Source of the DNA: Paramecium tetraurelia
Taxonomy: Eukaryota
DNA: 64,000 bases
NCBI GenBank assembly: GCA_000165425.1
Contig: CT868285.1
Coordinates: 310,001 to 374,000, forward strand
Direction of reading: 5' to 3'
Shown here piece after piece: positions 12,019 to 25,723 of the stretch. Positions within the stretch are counted from its first letter, which is position 1, and each line of letters starts with the position of its first letter. A model generated the notes under the pieces. That model made no database searches and was not told the origin of the DNA. It saw only the letters and a program-made list of their open reading frames with translations. The translations under genes were made by a program, and so were the position numbers.

Positions 12019-15000
12019 ATGCTTAAATTTCTAATCACATCAAAGTTCTCATTAAGATTAATTAAAAGAAGCATAGCATGCTTCTCCTAACAGTCAGTTT
12101 CTAAAGAATAGGAATATTTCTCTGATTGGGAATCTGACTCTGAGTCTAAAGCTCTACTTACTAAATTTGAAGTGTATTAACATTTTGCAAATGCATAAAC
12201 AACCGAAGATGTCATTAAGGCTTTCAATGAGAATAATTTATCATATGAATAGATTCATTTTGCTGCATTTTAATTGATGAATATAGTTTAACACTAATAA
12301 GTTAATCAAGACTCCTAGTTAGACGCATTTATCTAAGAAAAAATAATTCCTAATTTCGATAAATTGAGTTCAGAGCAAAGTGTTACGATCATTCAGCTAT
12401 TCTTAAAATTATCCAATAAATCCTATTGCACTTAAATAAAAAGACACATTGATTAGAATTTGAAAAATTATACACACCTGCAATTGGCATATGTGTTTTC
12501 TTTCTACTCAAAATAAGGGTGGAAAATGGTACACATTGCCAAGATACTCAAGCATCATTTGTCTACTCAAACCTTTACTGCTCACCCTTTATGCTAAATA
12601 ATACGAGGTTGTTACATTGAGCACATTACTCTCAAATAAAATTATCATTCCGATTTGGCCTATTAAGCTTGTCAATAATTAGTTAAACTAATAGATAATA
12701 TCAATTTTCATGGTTTAGTTACAGTATTTAATTAACTCGCTCATATGCAATTGGATTAAAATACATCATAAAGAAAACTTCCTGAAATTATGTCTAAACT
12801 TTCGGAAAAGTTCATTAAAAATTTTGATAATCTCTCATAGTTTTCTAAGTTGAAACTCTTGGAAGCCTATTCTGAACTTCCAGAATAATTCCCAGTTGAT
12901 TTGTATTAAAAATTATATCAATCCTTTGAATCTGATAACTTGACTAGTGCAAATCAATTGAAATTATATGTCTTTCTAAAACTGCAAAAAGAATAAAATT
13001 AACCATCCAATGAAGTTCTACAGGTGTTATTAAATAAGATTAATTTTGAAGATATAACAGAGACTGCCTTATTGATAAGATTTCTTGATGTTGAATTCGA
13101 AGAGTAAAATCTAGAGAGCATAAATTTATGTATCCAGAATCTAAAAAGGAACGTGAACGATTTTAGTGTGAAATAGAAGGCTGAATTTATAAAAGTGCTA
13201 ATTAAATAAAATAGATTAGATGAAATTTTAGATCTGAATTAGAACAATGATAGTTCTCTTCTCTAATTTATTGAATAATTACATAATTGTCATAAGTAGA
13301 TCAACAGTTGCAAATCAATTAAGCAATAAGAAAATATTAATGCAAGTGTGGAATCATTTCTAGATAAAGTAGTAAAGTTAGATTACGATCTAAAATTGAA
13401 GATCTCGTCCTTAATTATTACTTTAGATCCTTATTCTGAGGATCCTTTCTACGAATTTATTGATAGACATATCAAATTGGAATCCTTACCAGAATCCTAC
13501 TTTTAAAATTTTATTTTAAGATTAAATAGCAAATCTCATTTCAATCCAGAAATCAGAAGTAGGAGTGAGCAAATGCTTCCATCTTTTGAGTAATTATAAA
13601 GAATCATAAACGATATTAATACTATTGATTTCTTAAACGACAAATTAGTAAAACAAATAGCAAAATGGTTTTTAGTTTTAACTGATAAAAGCATTATTGA
13701 TGATTCCTTCAATATTAATGCATCCTTAAACCTATTGTTTACATTCCTTCTCAACTGTCCTTATCACTCACTTCATAATATGAGAGGGACAGTTCTACAA
13801 ACCATCAGAGAATTGATTGAATTGTTCACCAAGCAAGTATATTAGTCTCAACAGAATATTAATATCAATATAGGAATGCTTATTAAATTTAATGAATAAA
13901 TTACTTAAATGGAATTAAAAACAAATTTAATCAACAATATTTGTTAAAGACTTTGTAAATAAATAGACAGTATGGGTGACTTAGAGAAGTTATAAGTGGC
14001 AACTATTATCACAGAGGCTAATATTCATTAATTCCAGAGTATTGCAGTTATAAATAATTTCTTAAATTTGGCACTTGCTGTGGAGATAGAGACCTATGAG
14101 GCCATTTTAATGAAAACAAAGCTGTTATTGTATTAAATGAAAAATTAAGCAAAACTACGTCAGAAATCAGACGAAGTGTCGTTGAAATTCATGGTAGATC
14201 AATTGAAATAAGAGATTATCAAATTTGATCTAAACAACTCAAAAGAGCATTATTTGGATGGTTTGATGCTCTTGTTGGAATATGATGGTTGGAGATATAG
14301 CAATTTGAGAAACGAATATGATGATGGTTTGTAAGACTTTATAGAAACATATTTTGATAATTTAGAGCATCTATTGACTATGAATAGCATGAGACCAGGT
14401 TTGAAGGCTATTATCAGGACTATCGGATAGTCTGAATCAAAATATCAATTTCTAAGGAGTTATGGTTAATTGTTTAAGAAAATGTTTTCAAAATGTCATG
14501 ATCTAAAGAATCACTAAATACCTCAGATTTCAATTTGTTTGGATTATATTGAATTTGCTAGGAAAATCAAAGTTAATAATGATGACTCCATCCAAGTCTT
14601 AACTGATTACATCAAGAGACAGATAGACAATTTAAAATAGGTGTAAATTGTAGAAGTCATACAAAATTTATCAGAATAAAAAATCTACGTTGAATCCTTA
14701 TTTGATTCATTGAGTAGACTAATTTCAAGGAAGTTGTAATATTATAGTTCTTTAGAATTGATAGAGATTCTAAACTCTCATGCCAAGATCGGTTATTTTA
14801 ATGAAACATTGATGTTGAATATTTTGGATAAGTTATAAAGGGAATAAAGAATTTAAGCCAACCTCGTAATCTTTGTATCGACATTATGGAGTGTTTTGAT
14901 TCATTTATAATACTTCAAGAAATAATTGAATAGAGATTATTACTATAGATATGATAAATTGATTACACTTCTAATGAATGAGTATGTATAAAATAATGTA

Positions 15001-15554
15001 ATTTAGAGTGTAAAAGTTTCCAAACTTCCCTATTAACTCCAAAATGCCTGTTGTTTTTCGACAATTTATGGATATCTACAATCTTTTAGAGTTTAATTAA
15101 CATTTAGAAATATGTAATCATATTTAATTTATTTTTAAAGAATTAAATCAAAAGCATTAATAGCTAGGCAAATAAATTGTTGATAATGCTAAAAAAGTTG
15201 TTAATACGAAATTTATTCCAAATTAAAAATTAACTTAGTAATTCAAAAACTTAATGCTATTTCTTGACAAATGCTAGGTGGAGTATTAAGTAAATTATTT
15301 CCTTGACACTCAATATGTTGATTTCTATATTTAAATGAGAAATCAAATTATATCGGTCGATAATTCATTATATGTAACGTATGATATGGTACATAATTGT
15401 CTTTATCAAGAAACATTACACTGGTTTTCATCATTTTAATAAATGGATTCTTGAAGGAGCTGCTAAAAAATACGATCTAAAGGAAATTCGAATCAATGCT
15501 CAGGAGTGGAATCAGTTGACCGATGATCAGAGAAGAAAGCTTGTGTTAATTTGA
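12019..15554 (+). CDS. Mitochondrial RAP-domain helical-repeat RNA-binding protein (FASTK/HPR-like), ~1,150 aa
   Basis: N-terminus MLKFLITSKFSLRLIKRSIACFS resembles a transit peptide. Long helical body. C-terminal YVDFY..ISVDNSLY..YTG..EIRINAQEWNQL matches the RAP pattern. Introns at 14982-15006, ~15114-15140 and ~15389-15410. Confidence 0.75.
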
Positions 15555-16532
15555 AATATTTAAGTTTAAAATATTAAATTCCATTTTTCTTTCAACAAAG
15601 ATAGTTAATGAGTAATGAGAATAGAATATTGAGAATATTATAAATTCATTCCATGAGGAACTTTCACTTTAAAAAATCCTTTACACTTTTTTTCTTCCCC
15701 TCATTGATTTAAGTTACCTTATCCTATTGATGAAAAAAGCAAATCAAAATGTCATCAGCAAATCGCACTTTATTCTCTAGCAAAGTTCTCTCAGAGTATA
15801 CTTTTGTGCTTTCCTCTTCATCAATATCGCCAAAGGATTTCTATATAAAAGCTATATGAATTGAGTTCAGTCCAATTCCAGGCTTGCTCATGATTTAATT
15901 GCTATTTATATAATTTATATTATTGCTATTTTTGAATTGGTCAACTCATACAAGTATCTAATACTTAAGATATTTAATCAGACAATGAGCTTATTAATAA
16001 TAAAACAAGTACAATAAATTGTTAAATTTACAGTCTACATTCGGTTCGAAATTGATTCAAATTTTATGAAGAAATATATATATAAACCTACGAAAAATTA
16101 ACTGGAATCTAAATTTGTTGAGGTTTTTTTATAAGAATGACTCTACTATTAAATTTATAAATAATCAATAAGAATTTGAGAAACCCCAAAGCCATTTGCC
16201 TTTGTATTCTAATGACTAAGATTTATAAATAAAGAAATAAATTAAGCTTAAAAAAAATTTACAAAATGAAATAAAATTTTTATATATAAATCTGACCAGT
16301 CATTGCAATCCATATTTAATGGTACTTATTAACATTCTCAAAGTCTGATTAGTATTCCTATTCATGATAAGATGAGATTTCAAAATGAATTAATTTGACT
16401 TTATAAATTTATTATATATATTATAGATTATCAAAATAGAGTATTTAATTGTTGCTCATGAACAAATTTAATTGTATTGTTTTATGTATATATTAATAAT
16501 TATTTTATTTTTTCTAGAAATTTCTAATAGAC

Positions 16533-18033
16533 ATGGCAGAATACATAAGTCTAAATGAAGACGGAGGAATCTAAAAGCTAATTCTTGAGGAAGGCCAAGG
16601 AGATTAACCTTAATAAGGAAATACATGCGAGGTATCAAAAATTTCTAAATCTTAGATGTTCTATACTGGAAAATTGGAGGATGGAACAGTATTTGATTCA
16701 AATGAAGGAGGGGATCCTTTTAGTTTTACTCTAGGCTAGGGCGAGGTCATTAAAGGATGGGATGTTGGTGTTGCATCAATGAAAAAGGGAGAAAAGGCGC
16801 AATTAAAAATTAAATCTGATTATGGATATGGAAAAAATGGAAGTCCTCCAAAAATACCAAGTGGGGCTACTCTTATTTTTGATGTCAAATTAGTGGATTT
16901 CAAAGAGAAATAGAAGTAGAAATGGTATAAATGATTAAATATTATTAGGGAATTGAGTGATGAAGAAAAGACTAATGAAGCCAAGAAATTTAAAGAATTG
17001 GGAACAACTGCTTTTAAGGCAAAGAACTATCCTGAAGCCATTAAATAATATCTTGAGGCTGCCAGCTATTTTGAGGCAGAGACAGAATTTGCTCATGAAC
17101 AAAAATTGGCTTCTCATTTAAACCTTAGTCTTTGCTATTATTATACAAAAGATTACAAAGAATCTGTAGATCAGGCAACTAAGGTTATCTAAGATAAACC
17201 AAACAATGCTTAATTAGTTAAGGCATATTATAGAAGAGCCATAGCATATAGTTCTTAAGGTGATTACACAGAAGCAAAGAATGACTTAAAGGCAGCTTAC
17301 GCTATTGATCCAAATAATTAAGCAGTTATTGAAGAAATGCATGAAGTACAAAACAAGATAAATTTGTCCAAAAAAAAAGAAAAGGATATTTATGGAAAGT
17401 TGTTTTAATAATAATACTATGAAGACGAGGCTAAACCTACTTCTTCTTTAGAAGAAAGTGATCCTAGCAATGTAACTACATACTTTGATATCAAAATTGG
17501 AGATGATGAACCAAAAAGAATGGAATTCACTTTATTCAAGAAGTCTTGTCCCAAGACAGTGGAGAATTTCAGGGCTCTTTGTACAGGTGAGAAGGGTATT
17601 GGCAAATAAGGAAAACCTTTACATTATAAGGGTTGTGAATTTCATAGATTGATCAAAGATTTCATGATTTAAGGAGGAGATTTCACTTAAGGAAGTATAG
17701 ATTATTATTATATTTAAGATGGTACTGGAGGTGAAAGTATTTATGGAGAGAAGTTTGCAGACGAGAACTTTAATCATAAACACACTGGAAGAGGATATTT
17801 GAGTATGGCTAATGCTGGTGCAAATACAAATGGCAGTCAATTTTTCCTTCTTTTTAAGGACACTCCTTGGCTTGATGGTAAATAAACAAATCTAAATTAT
17901 AGGCAAACATGTTGTATTTGGCAAAGTAACTAAGGGTATTGAATTACTTGATGAAATTGAGAAAATTGAAACAGAGTAGGACAAACCAAAAGTTAGTATT
18001 GTTATAGCTGATTGTGGAGAAATCAAATAATGA
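16533..18033 (+). CDS. Dual-family immunophilin FKBP-TPR-cyclophilin (FCBP type)
   Basis: FKBP domain ([45 protein letters not shown]), three TPR-like repeats ([10 protein letters not shown]), then cyclophilin ([57 protein letters not shown]). Four tiny introns. Confidence 0.95.
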
Positions 18034-18202
18034 TAATTTAATGTAATTATTATTATAAATTGTTATAAACAAAATGTCACTCTGAGTCGATCGTTTATGA
18101 GATTTTAAGATATTTAATAACGATAAAATTATGAACTTATAGTTTTAACCTATTAAAATGCCATTATTCTAAAGAAAGCATTATTTAATTTTTATTAATT
18201 GA

Positions 18203-18835
18203 ATGAATTTTCATTCCAATTGGAGATACGAAAAAATGTAGTTAATCAAAGATGTTCTAATTAACAAAAATGTTGTGCCCATTTATGTCCAAAATAAACT
18301 AATGAAAGAATTGGATTTCTAGATCAGAGCTTTTGGAAATAAAAATAAAACTTCCTCATCCCCCAGGAAAAGTTGTAATCGTCGTATTAAAACTCTTGAT
18401 CATAGTCCTCGCAATCTACTAATTGAAAGGAGTGTTAGCAAGAGTTACAATAAAGAATAGGATTGCTTAAAATGTCGGAAATTCAATTTTTAGAATAAAA
18501 TTATTATTCAGTGTGATACTGGTCAGCACATGTTTCATGAAAAATGCATTCTGGACCTCTTTAAAGAATAAATTTAAGATATTAAACCCCATTTTTCTTG
18601 TTTCTGTGGGATGAAATTATGTCCAGAATTTGTAAGAGAACTAAAAGTAAAGGGCATAGAGCAATTAGTTAATTAGTTGTATGAATAATAACTAAAATGT
18701 ATTACATATCAAGTGCAGATTCAGAATTGTCTAAATCCATTGTGTAATTTTTTTTGGATCAACAACTCTAAAAAATCCAGAAAATATGGACGATAACTTA
18801 AACCTCTCGCAAAAAAGTATTGTCCTTATTGCTGA
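18203..18835 (+). CDS. Zinc-finger protein with RING-like and partial IBR-like Cys pattern
   Basis: Intronless 210-aa ORF: CLKC..C.TGQHMFHEKC..CFC, then CLNPLC..CPYC at the C-terminus. Confidence 0.7.
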
Positions 18836-18910
18836 TGAATATTATTTGTATTTTGTATTTAATCGTTTTTATAAATAATAGTATACATAAACTAATCACA
18901 TTATTACGCT

Positions 18911-20578
18911 TCATCTTCCTTAATTTTTTAAATAGGGATTTGCACCATTTTATAATAGTAGATCAGCTATTTCGAAATTATTATGAATCATAGCATAGTG
19001 AAGAGGTGTATTTCCATTTTTCTATTATAATAATTGGTTTATCTTACATCAATTTGATTTAAATTAACATTGTAATTCATCATATGTCTAACAATACCTT
19101 CATGACCATTTGCAGCCGCAAGTGAAATTAAAGGAATACCATCAGTGGTAAGCCCATTCAGATTAAAGTTTCTATGCAAATCCATGAACTCTTAGAATTA
19201 ATTCAATAATCCATGTTCAATCATAATAGTGGCAATCTTTTTTTTAGACCTGTTTCTTTTCATCATCTTATCAAAGAGCAACATTGTTTCCAACTTAATA
19301 CTTTGAGGATTTGCACCTTTCTTATAATTAGATAATACCATACATTGTTTAAATTTATTTATTGCGTATTCGATTTAACTGAATCTGACATTGATTCATT
19401 GTAAATAATATCTGATTTAACCGATGAGATCATTTTTATATCCTTTAAATACTTGATCGAGTCTTCTTTGTTCTAAGTTCTTAATGAGATTTAATTAGAA
19501 TCAATCATAAGTTTTGGGAGCTGTTATTGAGATTTAGACATAGTAATCTTTTTAATTTCACCTATTGAATCTTAAGAAGTATCGTTTTGACTTTTTATTA
19601 GAGGATCTACTAATTGAAATGAATTATCTTGATTATGCGGAGATTTGGGTGATAATGCATTCCTACCATGAATGGATTTTTTAATGCTTTTCATAATAGT
19701 CTATTCATTTGAAGATTACTATAAGATATTTATTTATGGAAGTTAAGGTGATCCTGCCGCACTATCTGAACTTTATTTATTGGAAAATATTTGTATAGTA
19801 GCTCGATGTTAAGTTGGTCCATCAATTGTCTAACTTTATTTTTACAAAACTCCACTCTGCCAATTCTTCCTTTACCTTAAAGAGTTGAGCATCTTTCTCT
19901 TATCTATCCCTTCTTCTATTTAAAGATTTCCTTTTTCAACTGCTATAAGATCTGGAGCTTCGTATTCCAAATCATCAATAGGATTTGAATTGCAAAAATT
20001 ACCAAATAGGATGTCGTTATAAGTTTGATTATAATGCTAGGCGTAAGTTTTATAAAATATCGGATTATTGAATTCTTCCTCAAAAGTTGGTACAATTTGA
20101 TTGATATTATCCTTATATATTTATTAATCAGTGGTTGAGTAATCAACTGATAATAACGTATTTTTTGAATTTTTATCTAATTCTGATACGATAGATTGGA
20201 GTTAAAATTAATGATTATTTAGACTTTAATTTTGTTCTGATTAAATAGGAATTAAATTTGATAAGGCATTAGTTTTCGCGTATTTAAATAGTTCCGAATC
20301 TTCGTCTTCATCAATTTCCAATGACTCTTAAATTTTTTTCTCATTCAATTCAGAATTATTGTGATCTACTGAAATGGTTAGTTGAGAATTTTCATTTAAA
20401 AAGTCTATCCTAATATCAAATATAATAAATACATTCCATAGGTTTAAATTTCATTTTAAAATCTAAACAAACATTCAGTCTTATAATGCTCAAGTTAAGT
20501 CTGACTATAAATTTTGTTCAGAAACATAGCTTTACGTTATTCTTGAATATCTTTAGCATTTTATTGATAATTATTCAT
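18911..20578 (-). CDS. Low-complexity protein with C-terminal ankyrin repeats
   Basis: GIPLISLAAANGHEGIVRHM and GNTPLHYAMIHNNFEIADLL..GANPYLKN. ATG at 20578, intron at ~20410-20432, TGA at 18911. Confidence 0.8.
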
Positions 20579-20633
20579 TAATTATAAAAGTTCGTTATTA
20601 ATTTCAAGTATCCTATAAAATTTTAAATTCTTA

Positions 20634-21397
20634 TCAAAATATTAACTAAAATAAAACTTAAATTAACTTTAAGAAAATGTGTAGTTTTCTTTTAATTTTA
20701 CTGGCTCAAAGGACGCATTCTCCAACCAAATTCTAGAAGATCTTTAATGAGCCTCATAACGATATGATGGTTATTTTATAGTTCTTATCAGCTTCATTAC
20801 CTAATCTGTCAATGAACTAGTCTTCTTTTATTCCTTTGATTAAAAGTTTTGCACTCTTTATCTAAATTTTTTCTTTTTCTAATCATTAAATAAGTAATTA
20901 AACGAAATTTTTTTTTGTTACATATCAATATTTGAACATTCAATATCTATTTCCTATTATTTGTCTTAATTATCAATGATGATATCAACATTTTATTCGG
21001 TGAACTGCTGGGTAATGAGTTTTATTGATTCTGTTTACAAATGTCTATTATGAGCCGATATTTTGTGTTTAAAACTACGATTTTCTGTTGATAGAGTACT
21101 AATTGAATGCTTCCTTTCTTGATTAAAATTATTGTTCGCAAAATTGATTTGCTATTCTTCCAATTTAATAATTTTTGATGTGTTTGGCGAACTTACTGGG
21201 CTAATCTGATTGGAATGAAAGACATATTTGGTATAAGTCGACAAAGGGCTCTGCAGTTATAATTTTTTAGGTTTAGCTTCTCTTCGAATCAAATAAATTG
21301 GACGTCTAGGAGAAGATTCAATACTAATTGATTTTGGTTTGGCTGTAATATTTTCTCTTTAGGAATTAATTCTCCATTTAAGATTACGCTTAATCAT
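20634..21397 (-). CDS. Hypothetical protein (Ser/Gln/Lys-rich)
   Basis: Open code-6 frame from MIKRNLKWRINSQ. The 3' end depends on an inferred 22-nt intron. Confidence 0.55.
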
Positions 21398-21425
21398 ATA
21401 TAATAATATATAATATTGATTCTTA

Positions 21426-22204
21426 TCACGCCACTGTTAAATCATCATTAAAATATAGATGAATTGCTGGAATATACCACTAGACTCTCAGGAACTCCTA
21501 ATTATTCAAACTCATCGGTTTCATCAGGTATACCATTGGCACTCAAAGTTAATTCCATATCCAAAGGTTTTCCCAATCTCTTCCAAGTATAACTTGCAGC
21601 ATGTGCATTAATCTTTTTATACCTATCAAGAATTTCATTGATAGTTTCTTCAGAAGGCACCTAAAAATTAATTTGATATTAAAATTACTTCAATGATGTC
21701 TTCGTGATCTGTAAGCATGTTGATTATTTTGATCTTTCTTGTTTTGTGACTCAAATTTCCAATACAATATTGTTATTCGTTGTTCCACCATCTTGAAATA
21801 ATCAATTATAATTCATTACGGTTTTGAGTGATTCCCAAGCTCATCATCTCCACAAGGGTCAGATGATGGAATGTGCAAATATCTGCCTTATGGACAATAA
21901 TAGGTTATCAACCCTGTATTGGTATCTACTTACCTATTCAAAATAATCATAAAATTCGTTACTTTCTGGGTTCTCCGGTTTATTTATCAAACCAATATGA
22001 TATATCACTTCCAGCTATTTTGATTAATGGTTCGCATAGTTTCGATGAAATATTTTCTTAGACAAGTTATGTAAGATCCCAAACCTTGCCAAAAAAACTT
22101 AACCACAAATCGTTGGCTGTATTATGCACTGAGACATCATAAGGAGTATAATAGGCTCTTCTTTTGTAATCTTTAGGCAGATATTGCTTGAGAGATTCGT
22201 CCAT
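21426..22204 (-). CDS. CYB5D1: Cytochrome b5 domain-containing protein 1 (ciliary)
   Basis: [51 protein letters not shown] and the C-terminus [15 protein letters not shown]. Confidence 0.92.
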
Positions 22205-22602
22205 TTATTAATTATATTAATTTTCATACTTTATAAACTTTATCCATAATAGTATTCTCAAGACAAATCAAAACCTAATTCAAATAGTTCAAATTAAAAA
22301 GAAACTCTTTTATTAGAAATTGTTAAATGACGTGAATTCATTAAACTCCTTCAATCCAATCTAATTCATTTTTATTATTTTCTCTATTTTAATGGAACAA
22401 ATAATTAATATTAAAAATTTTATTTCCATTAGTGAAGTTTTTGAGTTTAAAAAATATCTAAAGAAACCAAGTCCTCAAAATAATCTAGAGCAAATTATTT
22501 CCTGTTTACAAATAAAAACTAATCCATACATTGAAAATTTAATAGAAACTAAATATTGAAGTTTAATTTATATCTTTATTATATATAAAATAATAATAAA
22601 TT

Positions 22603-24980
22603 TCAAAATTATCTTTATATACATTCCTATTCAAATTCCACAATTAGATCATTATAAATCAAATTAGAGATATCCAGTAGTAAATAAAATTTGTACTCAT
22701 CATAGTTCAGCCAATTTGATTCCTCAATTTAAACCTATGCTAATATATAATTTATACTTCCTAGTGCAGATAATCGATCTCAGCCTATTCTAATCCTTTT
22801 TGTAAAAAACTCTCTAATTCATGGTTTATTTAACAGACCTTCGTTTAATGATTGTTGGTACATTATTCATCATCCCATTCAATAGTTTCATGATTGTAAT
22901 CTAATTGTTGAAATTTAAACTTTTCATCTGGAGTCTAGGATGTAGATGTGTGAGTCTTTAAACGATGATTCTCAAATTCTTCAAATTAATTATTTACTAT
23001 AATAGTTTCATTTTAATTTGATAATTCCTATAAAGGTTTTATATACTCCGAATCAGAGAAGACAGAAATTGAATAGTTAATAAATTGCTGAGAGTTTGAA
23101 TGTTGAGAATATTATAGATTATTTTATTACTTTAAAAATCTCAGTTCCTTTTCAGTTTAAATAAAAGTATCATATAATCCTCGCCAACCCTTTTCAAAAT
23201 TGATTTTATTTTTTTCAATACACTCATGTTACTTACTAATCCACTTTTCTAAAGTTTGATATTTCTCTTTGAAAGTCTTAGGTGATATTAAATTTTATTC
23301 AAATTATTAAGTCAGAACCTATTCTTATGATTTCTATTATTCTTAAACGATGAATTATCTCATTTTTATTAATTCATCCATCTAAGATCTATTAAAAACT
23401 GCATCAACTTTTTTGACGCAAATTAATGAAATGGTTCTTCTTCAAAAATCTATTCTTTCCCCTTTTTTGTTGAAGATTTAAGTATTTACTTAATTAACTT
23501 TTCAGAACACATAGCTTATTGAATTTCACTCATTACAATTGATTCTTATGAAAATTAAGGAACCTATATCTCTAATTTCTTAATTTAAAATTTGCTGAGG
23601 GAACAATCTTAAGAACATTAATAAGTGAATAGTTTCACTTCTTTAAGGACTTCATCAATAGTTTTCTCCTAAGCTTAACCCTCTAACTAAGAAATATAAT
23701 TGAGAAGTTCTTGCCATTTCAACTTTTAATAAGCGACAAATTTATCAGAAATTTTAGGACTATTTTTTTGTTACAATTTCTCCTTTTTTTCAGATTCCAA
23801 ATCTAAAATAAAATTGAGATCAGTTTAGTGGTTAAGTTGATTCAAAGTTTACTCCCTACCTTATTAAACTGATTGATTCTCTTTTTCAAATCGAAATAGG
23901 CTTCTGAAAGTTTCTTCGTTAAAAACTTCAGGTTTCTTATAATAGTACTATTCGAATTATAAATCCAAGATTTATTTTCTTGTAATAAATCCTCTCCAAA
24001 CTTTCTAAATTTTAATTGCTGCTTAATGCATTATATTTTATTCATTTTCAAGAATGCCAAACTCTTTTAAATAATTTAATTCCTCTCTATTTAATATCAA
24101 TTCTTCAATTAAAACTTGTTATTTTTTATTCGAAGTTGATTGAGAAGGCAACAAATTTTGATCTGTATCTGTTATATATTGTACACAACTACTCTCATCA
24201 AATAAAGCTTAAGATATTTTTGAATATCGAGCTTATAGTTATTTATACTTTTCCAACAATTCTCCTTCATAACCAGTGAGCTAAGTCGTATTTTCATTTT
24301 TACTCTTGGAACTTGAATTTCTTTAGGTGGCCTATTTCTTTTAAGGTATTGAAGATATACTCCTTTTTTTAGATCTCAATTATGATTTACTTTCTAAAAT
24401 TATTTAAATTACTTTTACATTTCAAAATATTTCGACTATTTTGCAATTATTTTTTTATATCCTTTTTCCTCTTCGCTTATCCATTCTATTTAGACTACTG
24501 GTTTGATTATTTTTTCTACTTTAGATGTAACATATTATTAAATGTTTTTTTTGGGATACTCTGCTTGATTAGTTAAGGACCTTAATTTTTTTATACTATA
24601 TACTAAGAGCAGAAACATACTTTGAAGAAGCAATTAAATATTTTTTTTTGGGATTTTGTTTAAGTATTCCAATCCTATCTCCTATCTTCTTTGAATTATC
24701 TTTAGCTTTTAGTCCCTCCTTACAAAATTATTGTTTTCAAAATTTGTTATTTTCTATATTTTGGAAACCTTCCGTTTCTCAACATTTTCTCGTTTCCCAA
24801 TACTATACGAATCATTTGTGATTGTTACAGAAGTACCTCTCTTTTTAGAAAACTTATAAGGCGAGTTATGGGTTGTATTACTGATATGAGTAGTATTGGT
24901 TGTCTATGGATTTCTTAAAGGACTTCTCGATGATCTAAATTTTATATAAAGACATACTTTTTTTATCTCTTTTGTTGCAT
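22603..24980 (-). CDS. Coiled-coil protein with CEP350-like (DUF4378-type) C-terminal motif
   Basis: C-terminus IEESNWLNYDEYKFYLLLDISNLIYNDLIVE resembles the CEP350 tail (EE..WVNYDE....MQLADGIFETLI, from recall). Long Gln/Lys-rich body with tiny introns. Confidence 0.65.
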
Positions 24981-25723
24981 GCTTGAATATCGATAAGTAG
25001 GAAAACGATTTGATTACGTAATATAAATTAATTTGTATTTTTTGAAATAAATTATAACAACTACTCTGTTAATTTGCTTATGTATGTACATTCTTATAAC
25101 ATGAATGGAATTATTCATATGATAGTTTAGAGAATTACTATTACATATTTTAATTTAAATTTATGTAATCATCGCTATTTCCATAAATTAGAATGAACTA
25201 TAGTTTTAAGTAAGGTGAGTTTAAATATATAATTGTAGACATTATGATATTAAATCAAAATCCTAATGCTAATCTCGATTATAGACTTATTTTAAGATTT
25301 ATACAAATATTCATTAAAAATTAAAATAGTTATTCACAACTAATAAAATAAAAAATACAATAGTTATATATAAGTAACAGTATTATACTTAAAAGTGATG
25401 ATTCACAATTAATATAAAAAGGTAAGAATATTTATGACAAATTGTTCAAGTGAAGTTTGAAAATTGAAAAATATATCAACTAATAAGTCTTTTGTTGTTG
25501 GTTGAAATTATAATAATAAAGTTTTTAGTTTTTTAATATATCAAAAAAAACCTTGCATTATTATTTGAAGTAGTTTGTTCTAAACTTCTTATCGGTAATT
25601 ACTTTAGAATAAAATGAATAGATATTACTTAAAGAAAGTTTATTCTGATACTAAATTAATTTTGTAAAAATATATAAGAATGGATAAAAATTAAAATAAA
25701 AGAAATTTTAGTTGTTTATAAAC

